Origin: Histomonas meleagridis 2922-C6/04-290x
Lineage: Eukaryota > Protista > Parabasalia
NCBI GenBank assembly: GCA_020184695.1
Contig: JAANOX010000146.1
Location: 1 to 64,000 of the forward strand
DNA: 64,000 bases
Direction: 5' to 3'
This document shows positions 43,520 to 56,900 of the stretch, piece after piece. A program made the translations under genes and the position numbers. The notes below the pieces were generated by a model that saw only the letters and a program-made list of their open reading frames with translations, searched no databases and was not told where the DNA came from. Position 1 is the stretch's first letter; each line of letters begins with the position of its first letter.

Positions 43520-44289
43520 TCAACAAACTTACCAACAATATCACTAAAACTTACGCATTCGAATAATTTTTTATAATGAAATCCAGTTTTATCAACAGTA
43601 TCATCAACATTAACATTATGATACGAATACAACAACACAAACAGAAGCATTAACATTTAGAAATATCTTAATCAATAAGAATTCAACAATAATTTTAAAT
43701 TCATTAACTTTATCACCTCAATTCACATTTATTAATTCATTTATAACATCGAATTCATATCAAATATCAATGTTAAATTCATCTTTAACTTATACGAATA
43801 CAAAATTTATATTTTATAATTATACTATTATACAATTTAATACATTTTTTCTTTTTATGTTATTTTTTGGCCGTTTTCCTTTTACTGGTGTTTCCATACC
43901 AGACCTTCTCCAATCCATTGTTAAAGCTGACTACACATTCCCTTTTCAGATATCAGAGTCGGCAACTGACTTACTTCACCACCTCATCACCCTTGATCCC
44001 GGCGACCGTTACACGGCCTCTGAAATTATGAAAACAAAATATTACAAATATTCAAAAACAAGGACAAATTAATATCGGTATTATTAGAGGAATTGTATTA
44101 GCTGTTGTAATTATAAATATTAGTGTTTACTTCAAACGTCTTAAGAAAGCTAAAGAAAAAATTGTTGAAGAGTATAAATATCAAACAAAAGAATTTGATA
44201 GTTTTGCAGGAATACTAGCATTGAAAGATATTGATGAAGATCCATTCGCAGTTGATTTCAAAGAACAAAAGTTTGTAACTCCGTTATAA
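43520..44289 (+). pseudogene. Decayed surface-protein stalk/TM/tail containing a captured Ser/Thr kinase C-lobe fragment (~43857-44030)
   Basis: S/T-rich broken frames at 43520-43850; GRFPFTG...DLLQSIVKADYTFP..ISESATDLLHHLITLDPGDRYTASEIM (kinase subdomains IX-XI); TM plus DEDPFAVDFKEQ tail to TAA 44287-44289. Confidence 0.6.
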
Positions 44290-44669
44290 ACATAAATTTA
44301 ATATTTAAAATAATTAACAATAGCATTTTTAGTAAAGCGGTAAATTTTGATGATTTTATTTTATTTTTTCTCATTTTTTAAAATTTAATCAAATTTTGAG
44401 AAAATAATTAACACATAGCAAAGTGTAAATGTATAAGCTATAAAAATGAATTTAGTAGCAAAATAAATTTCTCTAAATAGCAATCATTAAAGAACTACAA
44501 TAATTTGTATATTACTCTTATTTTAAGTTTTGATTATCACAAATAAGCATAATATTTTTCCAGGAAATTTACAATAATTTTGTTTTTCAGTGAAGCAAAT
44601 TAATAAATATGAAAAAAATTAACTAATTTCATTTTTATTGTACAAAATATTTAACAAAATAAATTTATA

Positions 44670-46130
44670 TTACATTTCCATTGCCTTTTCGATCCCTTGT
44701 TTTATCTTATGTAGCTCATCTTCCAACTCTCCTGATTCTTCTTCTATGCTTATCAATTGTTCAGTTTCCTCAATAAGTTCTAACTCACAAATTCTCTCAG
44801 CGATGCTTCTTGCGTTTTCGCCACCTTTCAGACTATTACTAAGAACAGTTTCTATAATTATTAGCACTCTCAAAGGTTCGCATTGCAAATAATTCATTAA
44901 AATCTGGATTCCATCTATTTGGCATAAGTGCTCCAAAAATTCGGGGTTTTCATATAATATCATTCGATAAATGATAATAAATGAAGAACGACCAATCGAA
45001 TAAGAACATTCACTCATGAAATTACAAAACATTACAAAGTTATCCATGTTATAAAATGATTCATCATCGAACAAATTTATTTGGTCTTCAATTTCTTCAT
45101 GTACAAAACATGAATTATAAATTAATGCATTTAATGCATTAATTGACATAAGTACAACTTTTTCATTATTCGTTTTTTTTATTATATCCAAAAAGAATTT
45201 TGGACCATTTACGTTTTCTGAAAGTTCAAATTTTAAACAGTTCTTTGAATACTTAAATATTATTATACAGAATGCTAAAAAAATTTCATTTATCTTATCA
45301 GTAGGTTGATAATATTTAAAGATTTGATCGAAGAGTGATTCTCGAATACCATCTTCAATATTTTTACTAAATATATACACATCATTACTATGATTCTCAT
45401 TAACACTCAAATATAAAAAACCAAATAAACGATTAACATTAAGTTCAGTAAGTTCAATTCTCTCAATAACATCGGAAACTATGGAAACATAATCTTCGAT
45501 GAGATCAGAAGAATAATATTTACAACATTCATTAATGAATCTAAGAATACTATGTGGTGAGGAAACATTTCGAATGGCTTCAAATGGAAGTAATAGTGGA
45601 TCTTTTAGTTTGATAAATGTCGGAGTAATGGAAATTAAAATGTCAAAAATATCATCAATAAGGTTGACATTTGGTATATTTTTAAGGTGGGATTCAATGA
45701 TTTCGATAATTCTGGTATTTTTAACGCAATATTCACATATTAATGGAAACTTGATAAGATCATAAAGAATACTAAGAACAAAACCGAATGTATTGATTGA
45801 CGGCGAGCCAAATAATTCAATAATTGTGTTGATAAAGTTACTCTTTATAAAAATTATCGGATCTATACATTCGAAGTTATTTTTAATATAAGTATTTATT
45901 GAGTCCAAGGCTTCTTCCGAATTTTTGTCCTCTAGTTCGTTGAAGTTATTTAGAAGTTGTAATAATTCATATGAGATAGAATTATCATATTCATCAATAT
46001 AGTCTTTATTTTTTTCACTTAGTTTTTGAAAAATTGGCTTTTGTGTTTGGGCTGATTTATAGTTAGATTTCATAATAAGCAACCTAAAGAAATGAGGAGC
46101 TGCTTGGAATGGTTCACTTTTAATTTTCAA
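44670..46130 (-). CDS. Hypothetical alpha-helical (ARM/HEAT-like) protein
   Basis: 486-aa ORF with amphipathic helical pattern and acidic C-terminus. The true start is possibly ATG 46076. Confidence 0.6.
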   Translation of the reverse strand: MKIKSEPFQAAPHFFRLLIMKSNYKSAQTQKPIFQKLSEKNKDYIDEYDNSISYELLQLLNNFNELEDKNSEEALDSINTYIKNNFECIDPIIFIKSNFINTIIELFGSPSINTFGFVLSILYDLIKFPLICEYCVKNTRIIEIIESHLKNIPNVNLIDDIFDILISITPTFIKLKDPLLLPFEAIRNVSSPHSILRFINECCKYYSSDLIEDYVSIVSDVIERIELTELNVNRLFGFLYLSVNENHSNDVYIFSKNIEDGIRESLFDQIFKYYQPTDKINEIFLAFCIIIFKYSKNCLKFELSENVNGPKFFLDIIKKTNNEKVVLMSINALNALIYNSCFVHEEIEDQINLFDDESFYNMDNFVMFCNFMSECSYSIGRSSFIIIYRMILYENPEFLEHLCQIDGIQILMNYLQCEPLRVLIIIETVLSNSLKGGENARSIAERICELELIEETEQLISIEEESGELEDELHKIKQGIEKAMEM

Positions 46131-46662
46131 AACTTAACGGTCTCCATTTTGTACATTTGTGGAGTTAGTGCATGAGCTGTTCATAATGGAACTATGTACA
46201 GTTTAATAATGCTCAATTAAAATATGTTTTAGCATTTATTGTTTAAATTAATGAAAATTCTGAAAATATGCTCTTCATTTTTTCTCATTTTTCATTTGAT
46301 CTTTTTACTAGCTTTATTATCTTTCCTTCATAGCATTACTAGGCCAAATGCATGTTAAAATTTTGTTTCTAATAGGAGAGATTTTATAAGGGTACTGCTA
46401 AAACTTGGTTATTTTACGAAAAAGTGAAAATCCATGGCACATTTCAATACCAGAATTTTTCAGTTTTTTTTCTGAATTTTCTGAATATTCAGACAGATTT
46501 TGGGGGTTTGATCGTGAAACCCCAGATTCATATTAAACGTCCACTAAACAAAATTCAATACAACCTATTGTTAACGTTCAAAATATCTTTCAAATTTTCG
46601 GCTTTGGCTTCGCATGCGAAAAGGTTATTGAAAAATTGACAAGGTCAATCCAAATATCGACA

Positions 46663-49096
46663 ATGAAAAGCCAAAGCAAAGAAGAAACAATTTCCCAAGA
46701 CCTAAATGACCAAACAAACGAAACAGATGTCAGTCAAAGCAGTGATAATTCAAATTCCAATTTTTCTCATGCAAAACATGTTCATATTCCAAAGTTAACA
46801 CCTCCCAAACAAGAAGGAGAATCACACATTCAAAACACTTTTGTTGGCGTTTTTGTTCCATGTTTTGTTAATATTGTGAATATTGTTTTTTTTGCTCGAT
46901 TACCTTATTGTGTTGGCACATATAATGGTTTTGAAACGTTCCTCAGTCTTGCAGTGTCATTTGTCATTGTTCTAGTCACTATATTTTCACTATCTGCATA
47001 CTCATCTAATGGAGAAGTTGAATCAGGCGGTTCATATCATCTTATTTCACGAACCATTGGTCCGGAAACAGGAGGTAGTACAGGTATTTGTCTTACAGCT
47101 GCCTCTATCTTTGGTGCTGCCACTGCACACATTGGGATTGCAGAACAAATCGTCATTCTTTATTATTCTTCCTCTTTTAGTATTACCGGCTCAAACATTT
47201 GGGATGTGCGTTTAATCTCCCTAGTTCTTAGCTTAATTGTTGGGTATCTTGCAAATTTTAGTTTCCCTGTTCGTTTTATTATGTTTTTTCGCGATTATAA
47301 TTGGAACCGCCATTTATTATCTTGGATTAGTTTTTCCATCAACCACGAAAGCAGATGGAATCATCGGGTGTTCCAACTCACGTTTTCTTACTAATTGGAA
47401 TTACCAACCTATTTCTGTACGAAACTTTTTTGATAGTTTTTCTATTTTGTTTCCAGCATTTGGAGGCATTTTAGCAGGATCAAATGGATCTGGTGCACTT
47501 AAGCGTCCACAACTTTCTATTCCACTTGGATCTATAACAGGACTTATAGCTGGAACACTTGTTTATATTGTGACAACATTTCTTTTAACAGGATGTCATC
47601 CAAATGATCAAATGCGTTCATCATGGAATGCTGTGTTTCAAGATTCATCTTTATGTGGTCCCATTGTGTTTATAGCAGTAGCAGCGGCATCTATAGCTAA
47701 AGGCGTGACTGGATTAGGTACAGGTCCAATAGTTTTACGTGCGATGGCATCTGATGGTTTAATACCAAAATGGTTTGGCGATTATTCACGAATTTTTAGT
47801 ACATTTGTATGTGTTATCTTATGTTTATGGGGTGATTTTAATAATATTTCATCACTTTCATCTATGATGTTTTTAACTGTTTTTGCGTTTCTAAATGAAG
47901 GAATCTTTTTAGCAAAAGTATCTAAGGCACCTTCATTTAGACCACACTTCAGATTTTATAATCCATATATATCACTTTTATTTTGTTTTATATGTGTTGC
48001 TGCAATGTTATTTATTAATGTATATACTGCATCGATCTCACTTTTAATTGCATTAATTTTTTTCGTATATACTAAGAAAAGACATTTAGAAGTAAATTGG
48101 GGATCATTACGTGAAGCGAGTGCTTATAATAAAGGATTAAAAGCAGCACTTAATTTAAAACATGTGTTTCCACATCCAAAATTATATCGACCAAATATTG
48201 TATTATTAATTAATGGTCCACCTATCGAACATATACAAACAATTACATTTCTGGATCAAATGCTTAGTGATCATGGAATGGCAATTGTAGTACGTATATT
48301 TCCATTAGGTACATCATTAAGTGAAATAAATAATGATAGAGGTCGATTTGGTATAAAGAATGATCAAAATGATTATCATATATTTTATGAAACAGTAATT
48401 GCAGAAAATGAAGAAATTGCTTTACTTAAAATAATGTTATTAATGGGACTTGGCGCATTACGACCAAATGTTGTCTTTGTAAAGTTTGATGAAGAATTAA
48501 AAGAAAGTTCCGCAAAGTTTATTTGGGATGTCCTTGAAAGACAATGGAGTATAATCTTATTAAGAATTGGTGTTGCAGTTGATTTTGGCGAAAATACAAC
48601 TATTGACTTATGGTATCTATCTGAAGATGGAGGATTATCATTATTAATTGCACAAATTATCGCATTAAAAGCAAAAACTTTAAGAGTTTTAACTTTCGCT
48701 AAAGTCGATGAAGATGAAACTGTTGAACATCATACTTTCATCATAAAACATATATTAAAGAAACTTCGAATTAATGCAAAAGTTATTGTTAGACCAATAA
48801 CAAATACAGTTTCTCCTTCACATCAAAGTTTTACTATTTGGGATGAATCGGCTAAAAATAAACAAAATGATCAATTCTCGTATGATGATGAAATGACAAG
48901 ACATTATATGTTAATAGCTGACGCAATTAGAGCCGACTCTTCAGGTTCATTGGTGACTGTGATATCATTGCCTAAGCCTCCACCAAATGTTCCGGGTGAA
49001 CTATATATGCGATGGCTTAACTTGCTGTCATCATTTCCTTCGTCTGTGTTGTTTATAAGAGGAAATGGTACACAAGCATTAAGTTGGCAAATGTAA
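46663..49096 (+). CDS. SLC12/cation-chloride cotransporter family (APC fold) protein, +1 frameshift at T6 run 47284-47289
   Basis: GVFVPCFVNI, SAYSSNGEVESGGSYHLISRTIGPETGG, FSILFPAFGGILAG, FRPHFRFYN, YRPNIV and GLGALRPN. Removing one T joins the two ORFs as FIMFFAIIIG. Confidence 0.82.
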
Positions 49097-49534
49097 GTAA
49101 AATAGAGTTCAATATAATAATATTTTTTGAAAGCAATGTGAAGACATGACAGAAACTGAAATCCTTATCCGTGTTTGATATTTTGTTTTTATTTATTAGT
49201 GAAAATTAATGATACCTATAGAGTAATAATATATATATATATTCTAGCATAAAATTAGGTGATTAACCATAAATGTACACATTTTGATAAAAAGTATATA
49301 GTTTTTAATTTGTGTTTATAGAGAAAAATTATTGAAATTGTAATATTTTTCTTTTATTTTTCTCAAGAACAAAAATAAGTATTTTCCAAAATTTATTTTA
49401 AAATATCTCATATCTTAATTATGAGATTTTTTTGGGAAAAATATCGAAGGATACGAAAAGATTTGTTTTAAAGACGTTAATTCTCCTGGCTTTTTGAAGT
49501 TCGTTTATTTAATAATGTACGTTAACATACAAAG

Positions 49535-52480
49535 ATGAAATCAGAGAAAGAACCAGAGCAAAAAAATAAAGAACTTAAAATAATTGCAAAAAACACTCAA
49601 TCAAGTGAAGCAAACTCATTACTCGAGAAAGAAAATTCAGTTTTAAAAAATCAATTAAATCAAGCATTAGAATTAACAAAAGAAATCAAAGAATTAAATA
49701 TTGAAAAACGTAAACTTAATAAGCTTGCTCTGGAATCAAACCAAAAAGTAATCGAATTACAAAATCTTCTTCAAATATCACAAAAAAAGAATAAGGGCAT
49801 CACAAAAAAACTTCAAGAACTTGAAGAAGAAAATGCAAAGTACAAAATTAAAGAAAAAGAAATGGGTTCTAAAATATCTGAGTTAAACCAATCTAATGAA
49901 CAAACATATCAATCTTCAACACTTTTGGAACAAGCTCAAGCCATGTTTTTTGAAAACATTTCTAAATTAACAAATACAAATGTTAGGTCTTTCAATCAGG
50001 TGATAGATCTATTCAAACAAATTAAACCAACAGAATCAAATGAAAAAATTAAGAAAAAGAATGCAAAACTAATTAAAAACAATTCTTCATTAAAGAAACA
50101 AAATGAAATATTATTATCACAACTTAAAGAAATGCGAAAAACAAATGAACAAATAAGTCAAGAAATGGAAATAATACAATTTCAGCAAACAAATGAAATT
50201 AATGAAAAATATCAATCATTAACCAAGGAATTTAACTCACTTCAAGCATCATATAATAGCTTAAAAAAAGATAGAAATAAAGAATTTAATGATTTTAAAA
50301 AACAAATTGAAACAAAGAATGCAAAAATTAAGGAATTACAACAAACAATATCTAATATTGAATCAGCAGAAATGCAAAAACTCCTTCAACAAGTTAGTGA
50401 AATCAATGTAGAAAACAAAGAAATAAATGAAAAGAACAATGAATTAAAAAAACAAAACGCTCAATTTCATTCACAAATTTCTAAATTAAATTCAAATATC
50501 AAACAATTAAAAAAACAAAAACAAAATCTAATGAAGTTAAATCAAATGCAAACAGAAAAGCTCAAGAAAACTGAAACCAAAATATCTGAAATGAATCTTC
50601 AAAAGGATGAATTGGATAAATCTATTATTGAATACAAAGAAGAAAAAGATAAATTAAAATCACAAATAAACAATAATTATGAAATTTTTCAAAGAGAAAA
50701 AGAAGAGCTTCAATTTAAAAACAAAAAATTAAATGAAGCTTTGAATGAGATTCAACAACAAATGGAAAAACAAAAATTAGAAATTGATGAAATTACGAGT
50801 TCAAGATTAACAATACTTAAAGCAACTCTAAATATGAATTCCATTTTAAGTTTATATGAATCTAATTTTAAAGCTGAATTGGAAAAAAAGAAAAAAATCG
50901 AAGCAAAATATGAAAAATTAAGTTTAAAACTTAATTCAAGTTTTTTAGTACCATTTTCCATATTTGAATATATAAAGGATAATTTTATACCACAATTAGA
51001 CAAAAAGGATAGTGAAAAACTTCAAACAATTATCCAAAATCCAATAATAAGTCCAACAGAAAAAATTCAAGCATTATTTAATGAACTTTATTTAATATTT
51101 AAATCAATTCAAAACAATAATTCTACAAAATTTAAAAATTTGTCAATGTTAAATAGTTCTATAATTAAATCGCTTCAAGAAATAATTAAAAATGGTGATG
51201 ATAATCCATTTATTGTTGATTTCTTAGCAGCAAAAGAAGAAGAAATAAAATCTTTCATTAAAAAAGAAATGAATGAGATCAATCCATTTGAATCGCTATT
51301 TCAAGGAACATATGAACAAAGAAAAAATGCAATAGAAAAGATTAGAATGGAAGGGTTTGATAATGAAACAACATTTGATTTATTTTGTTTTCAATCATTA
51401 TCAAATATATTACTTTTCCAAAACATAATGAAACTTAATGATCAATTAAAAGAGCATAAAATTTGTAAAAAAGTTTTTAATGATATTTTTGGAACTGATA
51501 ATATTACACAAATCTTAAAAGAAATTAAAACCCTGATTAAAGAATATCAACAAATTAAATCTTCCTCAAGAGATTCGCAAAAATTAGAACGAAAACTTAA
51601 AGAAAAAGAAAGTTTAATCCAAAAACTAAGGTCGAACTTTAAAGTGATTGTACATGATACATCAATTCTTCAAAAGCAACTTGAAACAAAACTTCAAGAA
51701 ATTGAATCTTTGCATTCTTCACATTCTCAATTGGAAGAAGAAATAACAGAGCTTCAAAGGAAACATTTTGAAGAATCAAATAATTTGGAAGAAACGATAA
51801 AAAATAAAGATTTTGAAATACATGAATTAAAAATGAAACTTCAGCAAAATATATCAAGTAATGAAATTAGAGTTGATAATCTCTTGAAACAAAACTCAAA
51901 GCTAAAGAATGAATTTGAAATAAAACTTAAAAAATGGAAACAAATTGAATCTTTACTGAATCAGAAACGGAAAAATCAAGAACATCAATTCATTGCAAAG
52001 CTTAAAGCAAAAGATGCAAAAAATCAAGAAAATATACAAAGGATGAACAATGAACAAAACAATATGAAATCACAATATGAAAAAACAATTGATCAAATGA
52101 AAAATCAATTAAAAGACTCAAATATTCTTTGCGAGAAATTATCAGAATCACTACAAAAATCAGAGGAAAAGGTACAATATTTTACTAAGAAAATTTCAAA
52201 GTTGAAAGAAGCTAAGCAATCAATTGAGGAACAAATTGATACGCTTAATGAACAAATAGTAAATGAATCTCAGCAGTCAGTAAGTATGGAAGCACAACAC
52301 CAAAATAAAATTAGTTCTTTGAAAGGAGAATATGAGAAAAAATTACAAGATATTTATATGATGATTTTGAATGAATTTGGAGAGTTTGATCAATTTGTAA
52401 GTGAAGACTTAGATGAAAATGCATTCACCAATATTATACATCATATCGCTTCCAAATATAAAGAAACAAAAAATCTGTAA
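49535..52480 (+). CDS. Large coiled-coil protein, parabasalid-type family
   Basis: 981-aa uninterrupted heptad ORF; paralogue of 26893-29583. Confidence 0.75.
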   Translation: MKSEKEPEQKNKELKIIAKNTQSSEANSLLEKENSVLKNQLNQALELTKEIKELNIEKRKLNKLALESNQKVIELQNLLQISQKKNKGITKKLQELEEENAKYKIKEKEMGSKISELNQSNEQTYQSSTLLEQAQAMFFENISKLTNTNVRSFNQVIDLFKQIKPTESNEKIKKKNAKLIKNNSSLKKQNEILLSQLKEMRKTNEQISQEMEIIQFQQTNEINEKYQSLTKEFNSLQASYNSLKKDRNKEFNDFKKQIETKNAKIKELQQTISNIESAEMQKLLQQVSEINVENKEINEKNNELKKQNAQFHSQISKLNSNIKQLKKQKQNLMKLNQMQTEKLKKTETKISEMNLQKDELDKSIIEYKEEKDKLKSQINNNYEIFQREKEELQFKNKKLNEALNEIQQQMEKQKLEIDEITSSRLTILKATLNMNSILSLYESNFKAELEKKKKIEAKYEKLSLKLNSSFLVPFSIFEYIKDNFIPQLDKKDSEKLQTIIQNPIISPTEKIQALFNELYLIFKSIQNNNSTKFKNLSMLNSSIIKSLQEIIKNGDDNPFIVDFLAAKEEEIKSFIKKEMNEINPFESLFQGTYEQRKNAIEKIRMEGFDNETTFDLFCFQSLSNILLFQNIMKLNDQLKEHKICKKVFNDIFGTDNITQILKEIKTLIKEYQQIKSSSRDSQKLERKLKEKESLIQKLRSNFKVIVHDTSILQKQLETKLQEIESLHSSHSQLEEEITELQRKHFEESNNLEETIKNKDFEIHELKMKLQQNISSNEIRVDNLLKQNSKLKNEFEIKLKKWKQIESLLNQKRKNQEHQFIAKLKAKDAKNQENIQRMNNEQNNMKSQYEKTIDQMKNQLKDSNILCEKLSESLQKSEEKVQYFTKKISKLKEAKQSIEEQIDTLNEQIVNESQQSVSMEAQHQNKISSLKGEYEKKLQDIYMMILNEFGEFDQFVSEDLDENAFTNIIHHIASKYKETKNL

Positions 52481-53090
52481 ACATTGTTATAATTTTTATT
52501 TATGTGTTTGATTATGATCAGTAGTATCTATTCGTACTTATAAGAATATACTTAAAATATTTATGAAAAAATAAATTTATATAAAGGAATTTTTGATGGA
52601 AATGTAGAGTGATCAATTATGAGATTGAAAATTTTGAATTTGAATATTTTTATCTTAAACTAACTTTGAGCAAAAAATATTAAAAATCCAGTTAATTTAA
52701 AGACATTAAGAAAAATAACTTTTTATGTTTTTATATTACAATTTCGCACCGTTTATTTAACTGTGTTTTCGCTGCACTGATTTTTTTGTTTTAGAGATTT
52801 TTTTGTTTTAGAGCTGCAACTCAAGGTATTTCTTTCATTTTACTATAATAGTAATTACTTATTAAGTAATTAAACAATAAATATCATTATAAATTCCTTT
52901 TTACTTCAATATTTCCTGAAAATGAAGCAAAAACAAAAATATTTCCTTGAATTTGATTATTTTTAAGTAAATATTATGCAAGAAAAATATTTCCAATTTT
53001 TACTGCTTCATTAATGATATTTTCTCTAATTTTCATTCCTTTTATTTAGAAATATGTAGAAACATTATAATTAAAATACATATTTCCTAC

Positions 53091-53580
53091 CTAATTCTTC
53101 AAATTTATTAATTGTATTAATTGAAATTTTATAAAAATTTTAATGACATCATTTCGATAAAATGTAATTAGTGCTTCATATGCATTTTGAAAAGATGAAT
53201 GATTTTGTTCGCATAAATAAATAACTTCTTCATTTCCACCTGCAACAGCAGATTTGCTTGTATGCTGTATTTGCATCATTCATAAGTAAATATTTAAAAC
53301 ATTTAACTGATCCAAAAAATGCTGCGTAATCAATTTATTTTTAAATGAACATTTTTCATAAAGTGATGATTTTATTATTTGATTAAAATCAAAACCGTTT
53401 TGTGATAATATTTCGTGAAGTTTTTCTATTTCATCGTTTCGAATTATTTTTGCAATTTCACTTGGATTATGTCCTTCTCTAATTAATTTCTTAGATGTAA
53501 TTCCCAGTCATTCTTTGAAAGTTCTTCATAAACAATATTTTCTTGTTAAATTAAAAATTATTCAGAACGATTGATTTGTG
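53091..53580 (-). pseudogene. Remnant of a DUF3447-type ankyrin-gene N-terminal domain
   Basis: ELSKNDWELH / NPSEIAKIIRNDEIEK / DYAAFFGSVKCFKYLL / AVAGGNEEVIYLCEQN, in pieces broken by small indels. No ankyrin array follows. Confidence 0.75.
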
Positions 53581-53920
53581 CGAATGATTCAGGATAAGAA
53601 GATTAAAAAAAGAAAAAAAATTAGATATGAGTTCTTCGTTTTTCTAAATAGAATAAAGGGGTTCTAAACAATGACATAATTAGTCTCAAAAAACGTAAAA
53701 ATATCTAAACAATTACCACATGATAAAAACACTAAACGAGACACGAACAACGATCAATTGAAGCATTAACTTGCAAACGAATATACAAGATGTATTAAAC
53801 GAATAAATAAGACCCAAAGCCAATTCAATATTCAGCTTTTCCCGAAACGGAATTCTTTGGGCTATATTGAAATTTTGAGTGGTTAATTGGCTGCATGGCA
53901 TTTTTTTTCAGACAAAAAAA

Positions 53921-56900
53921 ATGTTTCTGGGAATCCATATTTTCCAAATTATGTTAATATTTGGTTCATGTTCCTCATCTTCCATGAGGAAAACAATAGT
54001 GAAGTTAGATGGTTCTCAAAATAAAACTTATAATCAAAATAATTTAATAATGAAATCAAATTTACAAACATATTCATTGCAAAATGTTTCATATATTGCT
54101 GAAAATCAAACTTTAATTATTTATAATTTCATATCAAATTTACTCAAACAATATCCTGATGCTAAACATATAATAATTTCTGGAAATGTTACTGAAATTC
54201 CAAAATCCTTTTTCATGCGCTCAAGTATACAATCAGTTATTATTGGAAATAGTGTAAAAAGTATTGAGTCGAGCGCATTTTTCTACTGCATAAGTCTAGA
54301 ATCAGTTGATTTTGGTGAAAGCATTGAAACCATTTGTGACAATTCATTTTATAAATGCGAAAATTTGATTGAAGTAATTCTTCCAAATTCCGTCACGTCA
54401 ATTGAAAAAAATGCATTCGTTTATTGTAATAAGCTAGCACATGTAGTCTTATCAAATAACATCAAAACTATTCCTGTTCAAGCATTTAAAGGATGTGAAA
54501 GTTTAATCAAAATTGATATTCCAAATTCAGTTACCACAATTGAAGAAGATGCATTTTCCTCCTGTAGAAGTTTAGAAATAGTTAACTTTGGTGAAAATAT
54601 TCAAACAATTGGTGAATCTGTATTTGATTTTTGTGAAAGTCTTATCAATGTTACTATTCCAAATTCAGTTAATGAACTTGGAGAATATGCATTTTCTACA
54701 TGTAGAAAGTTATCCAATATCAAAATAAGCGAAAATATTTCAATCATTAATTCATGTACATTTGCACATTGTGAAGAATTAACTGATATTGAGTTACCTA
54801 ATTCAGTTGTCGAAATTGGAGTTTATTCATTTTTACATTGTCATAAATTATCGAATGTTATTTTCGGGAATAATGTTCAAATAATTGGTGATGAAGCATT
54901 CATGCAATGTCATAAATTAACAACTATAACAATTCCAAAATCAGTTCGTTCTTTAGGCGCGCAATTATTTTATAATTCGTCACTTCAAAACATTTATGTA
55001 TCAAATGAAAACAAATATTATTCTAATTATAATAATGATGGTGTTGTTTATGATAAGAATTTCACAAAAATTATATATTTCCCGAATTTTAAAGATATTA
55101 ATACATATGAATTTCCATCTTCTGTAACTTCAATTGGTGAATATTCATTTTCAACTAATCGAAATGAACATATAAAATTATCAAATTCGATAACATCAAT
55201 TGAACAAAATGCATTTTCCGAATGTTTCCTTTTAAAGGACATTTATCTTCCAAATTCTATTACAAATATTGGTGATCTTGCATTTAGCTCTTGTTATTTA
55301 TTAAATAATGTGACTATCCCAAATAAAGTGAAAACAATTTCATCTGAATCATTTAAATTTTGCTCTGAATTAAGTTCTATTGATTTAAATAATGTAGAAA
55401 TTATTGAACGATATGCTTTTTGGGCAACAAATTTTGTTAATTTAATTCTTCCTAAATCAGTTACAAAAATAGGTGAAAGTGCATTTTATCAATGTTATGA
55501 ATTAACTTCTGTTATTGTTGAAGGTAATCTTAAATCAATTGGTGAAGGTGCATTTGAATTCTGTAAAAAACTTTCATGTTTTTCTTATCTAGGTGAAACT
55601 ATTCCAAATTTTGGTAGAGAAGCTTTTCATAATGTTAATTTATTTATAGTTTATGTTTCTAATAATTATTCTTCAACATCTTTTGGTCCAATGAGTGTTT
55701 CAAAAGCTGATATCGAAGGATGTGAAACATCATTACCAGAATTTAATAATGATACAAAAACAATAATTATATCAAAATATTCAGAATTTACACAAGATTA
55801 TAAATCTATTGCTAAACATGCGATTATTACGGGTAATATATCTACAATTATAAGTAAAGCATTTTATGAATGGATTTTAGAAACTGTTGAAATTCACGAT
55901 AATATTAAATATATAGAATATAGTGCATTTAATTCATGTCTTAATCTAACAACAATTAATTTTAGTGAAAATATTGAAACAATTGATCAAGAAGCTTTTA
56001 TTTATTGTATTGCATTAGAATCAATTATATTCCCTAATTCACTTAAGAATATCGGAGATAGTTCATTTATGCATTGTTCAAAATTAACTAATATTACTTT
56101 TGGAAATAATATTAAAACAATTGGTTCACTAGCATTTAGTCAATGTAATTCATTATATGAAATTAATATTAACGCTGAAAGCATTAATAATTCAGCATTT
56201 GATTCATGTTCGAGTTTAACTAATGTTATTCTTGGAGAAAATGTAAAATATTTGTATTCATATGCATTTGGTTATACACCAATAAAGAATATTATAATTC
56301 CTAAATCTGTTATTTATATTGATTATACAGCTTTCAAACAATGTAATTCACTTCAAATCATTAATGTATCAAAAGATAATTCGAATTATTCAAATTATGA
56401 AAATGATGGTGTTGTTTATAAGGGCGATAATGTGTTATTCTATTATCCAATTGCTAAAACAGATAAAATATTCCAAATACCAAATATAGTTAATGAAATT
56501 TATAATGATGCTTTTTGTTATTGTAAATATTTGATGTATATCATTATATCAAATTCAGTAACAAAAATTGATGAGGGAGCATTTGATTATTGTTATCAGC
56601 TTAATAATGTTATATTTGGTAGTAATATTAAAATAATTGAGTCATCATTTGAAAATTGTTGGAATATTTCATGCATTGTTTTTCATGGTGATGATGCTCC
56701 AGAAATTAGTTCACGTTGTTTCAATGGTGTTAATGCAAAAGTTTATGTATCATATACATATAAAGATACAAAATTTGGTCCTTTAAGTGTGCAACAAGCA
56801 ACACTTACACTCAGTGAATGCCTACCACCAGAATATTCACCAATATTAACAAATACTTATTCATATTCACCAACATTAACAAACACATATTCATATTCAC

